64,000 nt of DNA from Calditrichota bacterium (GTDB lineage Bacteria > Zhuqueibacterota > JdFR-76 > BMS3Abin05), in the NCBI GenBank assembly GCA_013151735.1, contig JAADHR010000179.1:12656-76655 (forward strand). Reading direction: 5' to 3'. The notes under the pieces were generated by a model. That model was not told the origin of the DNA, did not search any database, and worked only from the letters and a program-made list of their open reading frames with translations. Within the stretch, counting starts at the first letter, position 1. Every line of letters begins with the position of its first letter. Shown here one piece after another: positions 46,699 to 55,645 of the stretch. The position numbers and the translations under genes were made by a program.

Positions 46699-46888
46699 CC
46701 GTGATCTGCGATCGCTGGTGGCCAATTGGGACGGACTCAAAGAAAACGGGGTGTTTCTAAATGGGTTAGAAAAAGCCTAATCGAATTAAAAAAGGAGGTG
46801 ATACGTCTTTCTGTTTTTGGATGTGGGTTTCACTTTTTAAAAAGGATACGTTTTTGAATTCAAATTCGGGAAAAGGAGGAAGAAACCT

Positions 46889-48376
46889 ATGAAAAAGTAT
46901 GTGATTGCGTTGTTTGTTGGTTTATTGACAGTTACACTGGTTTCGCCGTCGTTTGCGCAAAATGGAAAAAAGATCAAGGTTAATGGCCTGTACACGGCCT
47001 GGGGATTATCTCAGCAAAAATTTTTCTTTGGCAAGAATAATGGCAATGACGATTATTTTGTCCAGATGCTGCGATTCAAAATTCAGGCGGCCGCCAATGA
47101 CAATGTAAAGGCCGTCACGCGTTTTGATATTGCTCAGGGATGGTGGGGTGTGGATAATGCCCTGAGAAGTGCTAACCGGCCATATGGTGCTTATGGTGGC
47201 AGCAGCCTGTTTGATTTCAAAGATACAAATTATCTCTTCCACGTAGATCAGGCCTACATGGAATTTAAGGTGCCTGTGGCGCCAATCGTCATGCGCGTTG
47301 GACGGCAGCAATATCGGCTTGGAAATAAACTGGTTCTGGATAACAACCTGGATGGGATTCAGGCCGATGTAAAATTGAGTGATGTGCGGAAGATCACAGT
47401 AGGTTGGGCAAAGGTGTCTGAAGGAATTGACGGCTTGAGCGATAACGGTGTGGGGGCCGGCAAAAGTGCCTTTGGCGATACGGATGGGAGAGACGCTGAT
47501 GTCGTGTTTGCCAATTACACCTGTACGGCGTTTAGCTTTGCTAAAATTAATGCATTTGGATTGTATTACCGGGATGCCGGTGATGGAGACGGCAAAACCT
47601 ACGTTCCGGACGATCTCCAGTATTTCCGGGCACGTTTTACCCCGAATATTAGCTCTCTGGCCATTATTGGACTGGCCCCGAATTTCAAATTTGGGAAACT
47701 GGCTGTTGATGGAGAGTTCGATTATCTGACAGGAAAAGACAATGTTAAAAATACTACCTTCGGGCCCAAACAACGGCATGATATCAACAATGGAGATATT
47801 TCGGGTTTCAACCTTTACCTCAAACCTACCTTTGCCGCTACACCAAAAGTAAAATTGGGCGGCGTGTTCGGACTGGGTTCCGGTGATAAAGATGTTACAA
47901 GCGGAAAGGGAAATGTAAACAAGCTGCGAACATCCGGTTTCTTCTATGTAACGGAAATCTGGGAAGATTCCATTATGCCTGATGAAGAGGGCATTACACC
48001 TCAGGGGCTGGGTGCTCCCAATACACGCGGCTATCGAGAATTGGAAAACACCACTCTGGTACAAGCCAATGTAACGCTCAAACCAACACCTAAAGTGAGT
48101 CTCTTCGGTTCATACACATTCATTAAAGCCACACAACCGATTCATGCCTGGACGGTCGATGCCAATGGGAAAACAAGCATTTTGGCCGATAATTCCACTG
48201 CACTGGGAACCGAAGCCGATTTTAAAATTGATATGAAAATTTACCCGAAACTGATCTGGACGGTTCGCGGAGGTATTTTTATGCCCGGTGACGCCGCTGG
48301 CTATTTAATCAACGGAACGAACAAATGGAATGACAAACCTATTGAGTTAAAGACAACCCTTACGGTAAAATTTTAG
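46889..48376 (+). CDS. Outer-membrane beta-barrel porin (alginate-export/AlgE-like)
   Basis: Signal peptide ending SFA; VDQAY, RVGRQ...GN.LVLDNNLDGI; C-terminal TVKF. Confidence 0.75.
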   Translation: MKKYVIALFVGLLTVTLVSPSFAQNGKKIKVNGLYTAWGLSQQKFFFGKNNGNDDYFVQMLRFKIQAAANDNVKAVTRFDIAQGWWGVDNALRSANRPYGAYGGSSLFDFKDTNYLFHVDQAYMEFKVPVAPIVMRVGRQQYRLGNKLVLDNNLDGIQADVKLSDVRKITVGWAKVSEGIDGLSDNGVGAGKSAFGDTDGRDADVVFANYTCTAFSFAKINAFGLYYRDAGDGDGKTYVPDDLQYFRARFTPNISSLAIIGLAPNFKFGKLAVDGEFDYLTGKDNVKNTTFGPKQRHDINNGDISGFNLYLKPTFAATPKVKLGGVFGLGSGDKDVTSGKGNVNKLRTSGFFYVTEIWEDSIMPDEEGITPQGLGAPNTRGYRELENTTLVQANVTLKPTPKVSLFGSYTFIKATQPIHAWTVDANGKTSILADNSTALGTEADFKIDMKIYPKLIWTVRGGIFMPGDAAGYLINGTNKWNDKPIELKTTLTVKF

Positions 48377-48481
48377 GATAGCACACTCTTGTGTGGACGA
48401 GGAAAATGTGTATTCTTTTTCGGTTCTATTGGCTTTTTTGTGGAAAAGACAATCTTTTTGGAAATAGAACCCGGTCTTTTA

Positions 48482-48551
48482 AACCCACCCCCTGACTCCC
48501 CCTCCCTGATCTCCTCCCTGATCTCAGGGAAGGGGCCGGAGGGAGGGTCAG
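48482..48551. repeat. C-rich/G-rich inverted-repeat element
   Basis: ACCCACCCCCTGACTCCCCCTCCCTGATCT(CCTCCCTGATCT)CAGGGAAGGGGCCGGAGGGAGGGTCAG, with an internal tandem duplication. Confidence 0.5.
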
Positions 48552-48705
48552 AAATGGAATGCTTTTCATGTTTCAAGAAAAAAGATCCACAAAAATTCCA
48601 GTAGAGCCTCTTTTTCTACAAGAAGTGAAAAGGGATGCACATTTCCTCTTATTAAAAATGCAGGATCGAGGATTATTTCCATTTAAAACCTAAGGAGGAC
48701 CAGCC

Positions 48706-49164
48706 ATGCCAAAAAAGTCTTTATGGATGCTTCCGGTTTTCATTGGACTGGTCGGGTTGTTGATTTTTCTTTTTTCGAATCGGAACGGCGGTTGGGTAAA
48801 CGCTTCACCCAAAGCCCGCGTTCTTGTTCAAGCGGATCAACACCCCGGCTGGCCGGAAAATAGAGCGGAGCTGGAAAGCAAAACCTGCCGGGGGTGTCAT
48901 ATGACGACCACTCCCGACGTGTACAAAGAATGGGCAAACGGCAGACATGGAATTGCAAATGTACGCTGCACCGTTTGCCACGGTTCATTTGTAGATTTTA
49001 AGAGTGTCCCTTCGGTGGAAACGTGCCGGAGCTGCCATGCCAAAGAATACGATCAAATGGTTCTCCCGGAAGGGAAAACAAAAATGACCTGCTGGCAGTG
49101 TCATCCGGCGCATTATGAATCGGTTCATCGGATTGATAAAACCAAACCTTCACCCTTTCATTAA
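48706..49164 (+). CDS. napM: Tetraheme cytochrome c, NapM-like
   Basis: 4 CxxCH (CRGCH, CTVCH, CRSCH, CWQCH); N-terminal hydrophobic segment; directly before napA. Confidence 0.7.
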   Translation: MPKKSLWMLPVFIGLVGLLIFLFSNRNGGWVNASPKARVLVQADQHPGWPENRAELESKTCRGCHMTTTPDVYKEWANGRHGIANVRCTVCHGSFVDFKSVPSVETCRSCHAKEYDQMVLPEGKTKMTCWQCHPAHYESVHRIDKTKPSPFH

Positions 49165-49185
49165 ATAAAGGAGGTGAGTGTAGTT

Positions 49186-51546
49186 ATGACAATGAAAAGA
49201 CGTGATTTTGTGAAGACCACGGCAGCCGCAGCCGTTGCATCGGCTCTGGGTGTCAGCCTGAAAATCCCTTCAGCCGGAGCGGAAATTCCGCCGGGCGAAA
49301 AGGATGTGGATAAGTGGGTGAAGGGAACCTGTCGATTTTGCGGCGTCGGATGCCGCATGTATCTGGGTGTAAAAAATGGGAAACCGGTGGCGGTAAAAGG
49401 GGTTGAGGATTCCAAAACAAACTTTGGGTTTCTCTGTATGAAGGGATTTTTACAGTATAAAATCTACAACCATCCGGACCGGTTGAAATATCCCCTGCTG
49501 CGCCAGAAGAACGGTGAATTCAAGCGGATTTCCTGGGACAAAGCCATGGACATTATGGCGAAAAAATTTGCCCATTCCATTAAAAAATATGGGAAGGATT
49601 CCGTTGCCTATTACGGATCGGGTCAGGCGTTGACCGAAGAAACCTATCTCATTCAGAAGATTTTTCGGGCTGGAATTGGCAACAGTAACGTAGAAGGAAA
49701 TCCCCGGCTTTGTATGGCCAGTGCGGTAGGCGGGTATGTGACGACCTTTGGAAAAGATGAACCCTCCGGATCCTATTCCGACATCGAGCATGCCACCTGC
49801 TTTTTTCTGATTGGAACCAATCAGGCAGAGGCGCACCCCGTTCTTTTCCGGCGGGTTATGAACCGAAAACTCTCCAATCCGGACGGCATCAAGGTGATTG
49901 TGGCGGATCCCCGTGTCACCCCAACATCCAGAATTGCAGACCTGCACATGAAATTCCTGCCGGGAACCGATCTGGCTGTTATGCATGCCATGGCCAATGT
50001 TATCGTGAATGAAGGACTGTACAACAAAAATTTTGTGGATCATTTTGTTGACTTCAAAACGATGAAAAACGGTAAGCCGGCCAGCATGACATTTGAAGAA
50101 TACAAGACATTCCTGAATGATTTTACTCCGGAAAAGGCTGAAAAAATCTCCAAATGCCCGGCGGATCAAATTCGTCAGGCCGCGCGATGGTTTGCCACAT
50201 CCAGTGCTACCATGTCCATGTGGACGATGGGACTCAATCAACGTATTCGCGGGGTTTGGGCCAACAATCTGGTGCATAACCTGCATCTGCTTACCGGCCA
50301 AATCGGAAAGCCGGGTGCGGATTCTTTTTCGCTTACCGGACAACCCAATGCCTGCGGTGGCGTGCGCGAAGCCGGTGGGCTGTGCCACATTCTTCCGGGC
50401 CATCGATTGGTGGCTAAAAAGGCACACCGGGAACAAATTGCAAAATTGTGGACGATCCCGGTGGAACGATTGCCCAAAAAACCGGGCTATCATACCGTCG
50501 CCATGTTTAAAGCCCTGACGGAAGGAAAGATTAAGGTTATGCTGATTCACACCACCAATCCGGCACAATCCTTACCGGATTTAACTCCGGTGATAAAGGG
50601 TTTTAAGCGAAAAGATAATTTTATTATCGTAACGGATATTTTCCCGACCCGAACCACACAACTGGCGGATCTGGTACTACCAGCTGCTTTTCTGTTCGAA
50701 AAATCGGGCGTTTACGGATGCACCGAACATCGTTCTCAACTGACACAAAAGGCCCTTGATCCACCCGGGGAAGCACGGGAAGAAATCCAGGTCTTTCGTG
50801 AATTTGCCCTTCGCCTGGGCAAAGAAATGAAGGATCCGATCTACAAACATATCGTAAAGGGATTGCACACGTCGGAAGATATCTGGAATGATTATCGCCG
50901 GTGCACCAAGGGAACGGATGTAGACCTCTGGGGCGCCACTTACGAACGGCTCAAAAAAGCGCCGGATGGCCTGCAATGGCCCGTGCCCACGGTAACCTCT
51001 CCCGGAACACCCAAGCGATATGTTAAAGGAATTGATCCGCTGGCCAAAGGCAAGGCCTGGATTCAGTTTTACGGACATCCGGATGGACGCGCCTTTGTGT
51101 GGGCCAGGCCTTACAAGGGTCCGGCCGAACCGCCCGATGCAAGCTACCCGTTTTATTTGACGACCGTACGCGTAATTGAACAGTGGCACACGATGACGAT
51201 GACGGGGCGGGTTCCGGAACTTCTCCGCGGATTTCCGTATGCCTATGTGGAAATTAATCCGAAAGACGCGAAACGCCTGGGAATCAAACATGGCGATATG
51301 ATTGAAATCAAAAGCCGCCGCGGAAAAGTGGAGGTTCCGGCAAAAATAGTGGAAGGCCCGCGCGAGGGACTCATAGCCGTTCCGTGGCATGACCAGAATT
51401 TCAATCGAATGATTAATTTTGTGACCATTGAAGCGGTTGATCCGGGATCAAAAGAGCCTGAATATAAAATCTGTGCGGTTAAGATCAGAAAAATATCCGG
51501 TCCCAAACGCCTTAAACCCACCACGGTGGAGATGAAGCTGGTTTAG
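49186..51546 (+). CDS. napA: Periplasmic nitrate reductase catalytic subunit
   Basis: Tat KRRDFVK; CRFCGVGC..C [4Fe-4S]; RLCMASAV metal-ligating Cys; FSLTGQPNACG; DPGSKEPEYKICAV. Confidence 0.95.
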   Translation: MTMKRRDFVKTTAAAAVASALGVSLKIPSAGAEIPPGEKDVDKWVKGTCRFCGVGCRMYLGVKNGKPVAVKGVEDSKTNFGFLCMKGFLQYKIYNHPDRLKYPLLRQKNGEFKRISWDKAMDIMAKKFAHSIKKYGKDSVAYYGSGQALTEETYLIQKIFRAGIGNSNVEGNPRLCMASAVGGYVTTFGKDEPSGSYSDIEHATCFFLIGTNQAEAHPVLFRRVMNRKLSNPDGIKVIVADPRVTPTSRIADLHMKFLPGTDLAVMHAMANVIVNEGLYNKNFVDHFVDFKTMKNGKPASMTFEEYKTFLNDFTPEKAEKISKCPADQIRQAARWFATSSATMSMWTMGLNQRIRGVWANNLVHNLHLLTGQIGKPGADSFSLTGQPNACGGVREAGGLCHILPGHRLVAKKAHREQIAKLWTIPVERLPKKPGYHTVAMFKALTEGKIKVMLIHTTNPAQSLPDLTPVIKGFKRKDNFIIVTDIFPTRTTQLADLVLPAAFLFEKSGVYGCTEHRSQLTQKALDPPGEAREEIQVFREFALRLGKEMKDPIYKHIVKGLHTSEDIWNDYRRCTKGTDVDLWGATYERLKKAPDGLQWPVPTVTSPGTPKRYVKGIDPLAKGKAWIQFYGHPDGRAFVWARPYKGPAEPPDASYPFYLTTVRVIEQWHTMTMTGRVPELLRGFPYAYVEINPKDAKRLGIKHGDMIEIKSRRGKVEVPAKIVEGPREGLIAVPWHDQNFNRMINFVTIEAVDPGSKEPEYKICAVKIRKISGPKRLKPTTVEMKLV

Positions 51547-51566
51547 TGACGTAAGGGAAAATGACG

Positions 51567-51603
51567 GGCACCGATTTCTGTCTCTTCATCTGAAATCGGT
51601 GCC
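51567..51603 (+). terminator. Intra-operon hairpin after napA
   Basis: GGCACCGATTTC...GAAATCGGTGCC with no strong U-tract; possibly an mRNA stabilizer. Confidence 0.5.
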
Positions 51604-51629
51604 TTCAATTAAAGCGGAGGAGCTTGTTT

Positions 51630-51905
51630 ATGCCGATTACCGGGGTTGCAATACAAACAATGCCTGATAAAACGAGCTTTGTTTACGATGTACTGAATGA
51701 AATGAAAGCGGTCAGCCTCTACGGAGATGATAAAAAAGGGAACATTATCGCCGTTCTGGAGACCGAAAATAAAAAGGCCCTGGAGGAATTAAACCAACAG
51801 ATAGAGGCCATAGACGGGGTCATAAAAGTGATGGGCGTTTATCATTACTTTGAGGACGATATTCCGTCCCCGAAGCAAAAAGAAAATGCAAAAAATGAAT
51901 TCTGA
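51630..51905 (+). CDS. napD: Nitrate reductase chaperone NapD
   Basis: MPITGVAI...GNIIAVLE...IDGVI.V..VYHYFE; position after napA. Confidence 0.85.
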   Translation: MPITGVAIQTMPDKTSFVYDVLNEMKAVSLYGDDKKGNIIAVLETENKKALEELNQQIEAIDGVIKVMGVYHYFEDDIPSPKQKENAKNEF

Positions 51906-52518
51906 AGAAAACGGGTCGAAATCGCTTGATCGAAGGACGGTTCTGAAATCATTCTTGACTTTTGGAGCCGGGATGGGGTTATCCGTTTTACGGCCCGAGA
52001 ACCTGTTTTCTTCGGTGTTATGGTCTCCAATCGGGCGAAATCATCTGAGGCCCCCCGGGGCGCTTCCGGAGGCCGACTTTGTGGCAGCCTGCATTCGGTG
52101 CGGACGATGTGCCGAAGTGTGCCCCTATTATTCCATTGAACCGATTCGTTTGTCGGGCGGCCTGCAGGCAGGTACACCGCTGATTGATGTGGAGCACATT
52201 GCCTGTTACCTGTGCATGGAATGCGTAAAGGTTTGTCCCACCGGCGCGCTCCAAAACGTTCCTGCAGAAAAGGCAGGGATGGGGTTGGCACATATCGACC
52301 AGAAACGGTGCTGGGCCTACAATGGAAAAGCAATTTGTCGGGCCTGTTACGATGCCTGTCCTTTCAAAAATGTGGCGATTCAGCTGATTCGCCTAAAACC
52401 AATTATTATCGAAGATAAATGTGTGGGCTGTGGGCTTTGCGTGGCTGCCTGTCCCGTCCAGATTCCGCGTGCAGTAAATGTGGATCCGTTGGAGGATCAC
52501 CTGAAACGGAGTGGCTAA
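51895..52518 (+). CDS. napG: Ferredoxin-type protein NapG/MauM
   Basis: Tat-like DRRTVLK, LRPPGA, CIRCGRCAEVCP, CVGCGLCVAACP. Confidence 0.88.
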   Translation: MNSEENGSKSLDRRTVLKSFLTFGAGMGLSVLRPENLFSSVLWSPIGRNHLRPPGALPEADFVAACIRCGRCAEVCPYYSIEPIRLSGGLQAGTPLIDVEHIACYLCMECVKVCPTGALQNVPAEKAGMGLAHIDQKRCWAYNGKAICRACYDACPFKNVAIQLIRLKPIIIEDKCVGCGLCVAACPVQIPRAVNVDPLEDHLKRSG

Positions 52519-52520
52519 AA

Positions 52521-53384
52521 TTGGCTGACAAAACCAAAAAGAAAAGGATCTATTTTAGATATCGTCGGACGATTCAGATAGTGGGTTTTTTGTTTTTGCT
52601 AATTGTTCCCTTTTTAAATCTGTTTGGGTTTCATTTTTTTAACGGATGGTACCAATCGCTGGGCATCGGGTATTGGTTTATTGCTTCCCCTCTCGAATCA
52701 TTTGAGAGTTTTTTGATCTCGCGAACGTTTTTTTTAACCCTGTTTGTATCATTTTTAACGCCATTTATTTTAGCATTTATTCTGGGACGTGTATTTTGCA
52801 GCTGGCTTTGTCCGTTTGGGCTTCTGTCCGAGTGGGTGTCGGATTTCCGTCAGTGGGCGTATCGAAAATGGGGACACTCTCATCATCCGCCGGAGGGCCT
52901 TTTTGCGATTCCGCGATGGATAGTCTGGGTTATTCTGACGGCTGAGATTTTGGCGTCGATGATTGTGGGAACGTCTCTGTTTTCAATCTATTCCCCTCCG
53001 GGTGTGATTGGCCGGGAAGCCATGCGGCTGGCTTTTTTCCACATTTTGGGTGGGGAAATTCTTTTTATTTTGATCTTTTTGACATTTGAGCTTTTTGTCG
53101 CACGAAGAGGATTTTGCAGATATGTCTGCCCGCTGGGAGCCACTCTCTCATTGGTCGGCCAAAAACGCCTTCTGAAGATTGAGTTTGAATCCGCGAAATG
53201 TCAGAGAATCTGCAAAATTTGTGAAAATCACGAAATCTGTACCTGGGGTCTTATGCCGAAATTGGGAGAAGGAGCGTCGGTTTATTGTACCAATTGCGGA
53301 GATTGCATTGACATTTGTCCGTTTGATGCCCTTCGGTTCAACTGGAAAAACAAAACGGTAAGGAGTCCCGAAAAATATGGCTGA
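52521..53384 (+). CDS. napH: Quinol dehydrogenase membrane component NapH/MauN
   Basis: GRVFCSWLCPFG, RGFCRYVCPLG, CTNCGDCIDICP; probable TTG start at 52521. Confidence 0.88.
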   Translation: MADKTKKKRIYFRYRRTIQIVGFLFLLIVPFLNLFGFHFFNGWYQSLGIGYWFIASPLESFESFLISRTFFLTLFVSFLTPFILAFILGRVFCSWLCPFGLLSEWVSDFRQWAYRKWGHSHHPPEGLFAIPRWIVWVILTAEILASMIVGTSLFSIYSPPGVIGREAMRLAFFHILGGEILFILIFLTFELFVARRGFCRYVCPLGATLSLVGQKRLLKIEFESAKCQRICKICENHEICTWGLMPKLGEGASVYCTNCGDCIDICPFDALRFNWKNKTVRSPEKYG

Positions 53385-53952
53385 AAGTCCGGGGAAAACA
53401 ACACTCAATCGAAGGGAGTTTTTTTCATTGGGTCTGGGAACCCTGAAGGAACGGGTGCCCTTGCAAAAATCTCCGCAAAGCCGGCGAAATCGGCGGCCCA
53501 TCCTGAGGCCGCCCGGAGCCGTTTCAGAAGAAATACTGGGTCAGGAATGTACCAGTTGCGGCGATTGTGTGGTTGCCTGTCAATTTGAAGCCATTCGGTT
53601 GCTGGATCATCGGGCGGGAAAATATCAGGGTACCCCGGCAATCATTCCGAGGATTCAACCCTGTTTGTATTGTGAGGATTTTCCCTGTGTGACGGCCTGC
53701 AAGGAGGGAGCCCTTACAAAAGATCATCTTAAAATGGGGGTGGCTGAACTCGATTCCAGGCGGTGTTTCAACACGAAGGGAGGGTGGTGCGATGCATGTT
53801 TCCAAAAATGTCCGTTTTCGGGGGAGGCCATCCGATTGAACGAGAGACTTCAATTGGAAATCAATGCCGATTTCTGCACGGGGTGCGGACTGTGTGAACA
53901 TGCTTGTCCGCTGTCGCCGCCGGCGATTCGGATTGTTCCCCTGGAGATATGA
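53377..53952 (+). CDS. napF: Ferredoxin-type protein NapF
   Basis: LNRREFF, LRPPGA, CTSCGDCVVAC, CTGCGLCEHACP. Confidence 0.75.
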   Translation: MAESPGKTTLNRREFFSLGLGTLKERVPLQKSPQSRRNRRPILRPPGAVSEEILGQECTSCGDCVVACQFEAIRLLDHRAGKYQGTPAIIPRIQPCLYCEDFPCVTACKEGALTKDHLKMGVAELDSRRCFNTKGGWCDACFQKCPFSGEAIRLNERLQLEINADFCTGCGLCEHACPLSPPAIRIVPLEI

Positions 53953-54103
53953 TCCTCCCAATAAAGGGACCGTGCGTGTTCAGGGCGGTTTGGATTATTT
54001 GGAAGGGACAATAATTTGATTTTTTGAGATCAGATTATTTTTGTACACTTACCATAAATTTCGTTATAATTCAGGAATCCAATCCACTAAAATGGAGGAA
54101 TCA

Positions 54104-54577
54104 ATGGCAGAAGAAAAGAATGACGTACAAGAAGAAGGGCGCCGGAGTTTCCTGGCGAATCTTCTGTATGGAGGAGGAATCCTTGCCGCATTTGGGGGAT
54201 TTACAGCGGGTCTTCTTCGGTTCATTATACCCGAAAAACGGCCGCCCAAAATGAAAGAGGTTTTGGTTGCCCATTTCAATGAAATTGAAGTGGGGAATGC
54301 CAAGCCTATGGAGGTGGCCGGACAGAAGATTTTTGTGGTTCATTTAAAAGAGGGATATCGCGTTCTTTCAGCCATCTGTACGCATCTGGGGTGTATTGTT
54401 CAATGGCAGAAAGAAAACCAGGAATTCTTTTGTCCCTGCCACAAGGGCCGCTATCGTCCTGATGGAACGGTGATTTCCGGACCGCCTCCCCGACCTCTGG
54501 ATCACTTTCGAGTGGAGGTAAAAACAGGGCTGGTTTATGTCTGGATGAAAGAAAAATACACAGGAGGGCTTGTATGA
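54104..54577 (+). CDS. Rieske [2Fe-2S] subunit of a Rieske/cytochrome b complex
   Basis: Tat GRRSFL; CTHLGC and CPCH boxes; GPPPRPL. Confidence 0.93.
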   Translation: MAEEKNDVQEEGRRSFLANLLYGGGILAAFGGFTAGLLRFIIPEKRPPKMKEVLVAHFNEIEVGNAKPMEVAGQKIFVVHLKEGYRVLSAICTHLGCIVQWQKENQEFFCPCHKGRYRPDGTVISGPPPRPLDHFRVEVKTGLVYVWMKEKYTGGLV

Positions 54578-55626
54578 GCGTACTTAAAAAGGAATGGTGG
54601 GTGGAAAGGGTCCCTCTGGATTACGAGAAAGCGATAGGAATTGTACGAGATCTTGTGATCAAGGAACCCATTCCCGTACACATGAAAAAATGGTACTATG
54701 CAATGGGAGCCACGCCCCTGATTTTATTCTTGCTTCAGGTGACAACCGGGCTTTTGCTGACATTTTATTTTATCCCCTCACCAGATATGGCTTACGAGAG
54801 TGTACGGCATATTCAACAGGATGTTCCTCTGGGGTTCTGGATTCGGGGATTGCACCGCTGGGGAGCCAACCTGATGATTATAGCGGTTTTTCTCCACATG
54901 CTGCGTGTCTTTTTTACCCGGGCATATCGCAAACCTCGGGAAATCAACTGGATACTGGGAACCCTTCTTTTGGGAACGACCCTGACAATGGGGTTTACGG
55001 GATATTCCCTTACCTACAACCAGCTTTCGTATTGGGCAACAACGGTTGGAACCAACCTCGTTAATCAACTTCCCCTGATCGGACACTGGCTTCTCACATT
55101 TATGCGGGGCGGAGAAGAGGTCTCTGCCAACACCCTGACCCGATTTTTTGTTTTTCATGAATTGTTTGTGCCTTCAATTTTATTTATTCTCATCGCCCTG
55201 CACATTTTTATGATTCATCTTCACGGCGTGGCCGAATTGGAAGGCCACGAAGGCGAGGGGTACTACGCCTTTTATCCTGATCATTTTGTTAAAGGAATTT
55301 ACATCACCCTGTTTCTGCTGGTTTTCATGAGTACACTTGCAATTTTAATTCCGCCGGGAATCGGAGTTCCGGCAGATCCCACCCAAACACCTATGCATAT
55401 CAAACCCGAGTGGTATTTTTATTCGGTCTACGGACTACTAAAACTTGTGCCGCTGTGGCTGGGTGTGTATCTGGTTCTGGCATTTATGATTGTACTGGTT
55501 TTCTGGCCTTTTATCGATGATTGGTTTCGGGCAAAATGGCCCAAAGCGCCTATCGGTTATGTCCTGGGCGGAACAACCGCTGTACTGGCGCTGGTATTTA
55601 CAATAATGGAACTATTAGCAAAATAA
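54574..55626 (+). CDS. Cytochrome b subunit of Rieske/cytb complex (unsplit)
   Basis: RGLHRWGANLM...LHMLRVF, FTGYSL...SYWA, TRFFVFH, KPEWY. Confidence 0.93.
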   Translation: MSVLKKEWWVERVPLDYEKAIGIVRDLVIKEPIPVHMKKWYYAMGATPLILFLLQVTTGLLLTFYFIPSPDMAYESVRHIQQDVPLGFWIRGLHRWGANLMIIAVFLHMLRVFFTRAYRKPREINWILGTLLLGTTLTMGFTGYSLTYNQLSYWATTVGTNLVNQLPLIGHWLLTFMRGGEEVSANTLTRFFVFHELFVPSILFILIALHIFMIHLHGVAELEGHEGEGYYAFYPDHFVKGIYITLFLLVFMSTLAILIPPGIGVPADPTQTPMHIKPEWYFYSVYGLLKLVPLWLGVYLVLAFMIVLVFWPFIDDWFRAKWPKAPIGYVLGGTTAVLALVFTIMELLAK

Positions 55627-55645
55627 ATAAAAGGAGGGTATTTTT

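Noticed and set aside
47006..51390. Long antisense ORFs 47006..48064, 49450..50568 and 50677..51390
   Set aside because: They are antisense shadows of the porin and napA with no recognizable domains.
49186..51546. Formate dehydrogenase or selenoprotein reading of the molybdoenzyme
   Set aside because: RLCMASAV and GQPNACG are NapA-type (FDH has C/U followed by His), there is no in-frame TGA, and napDGHF follow.
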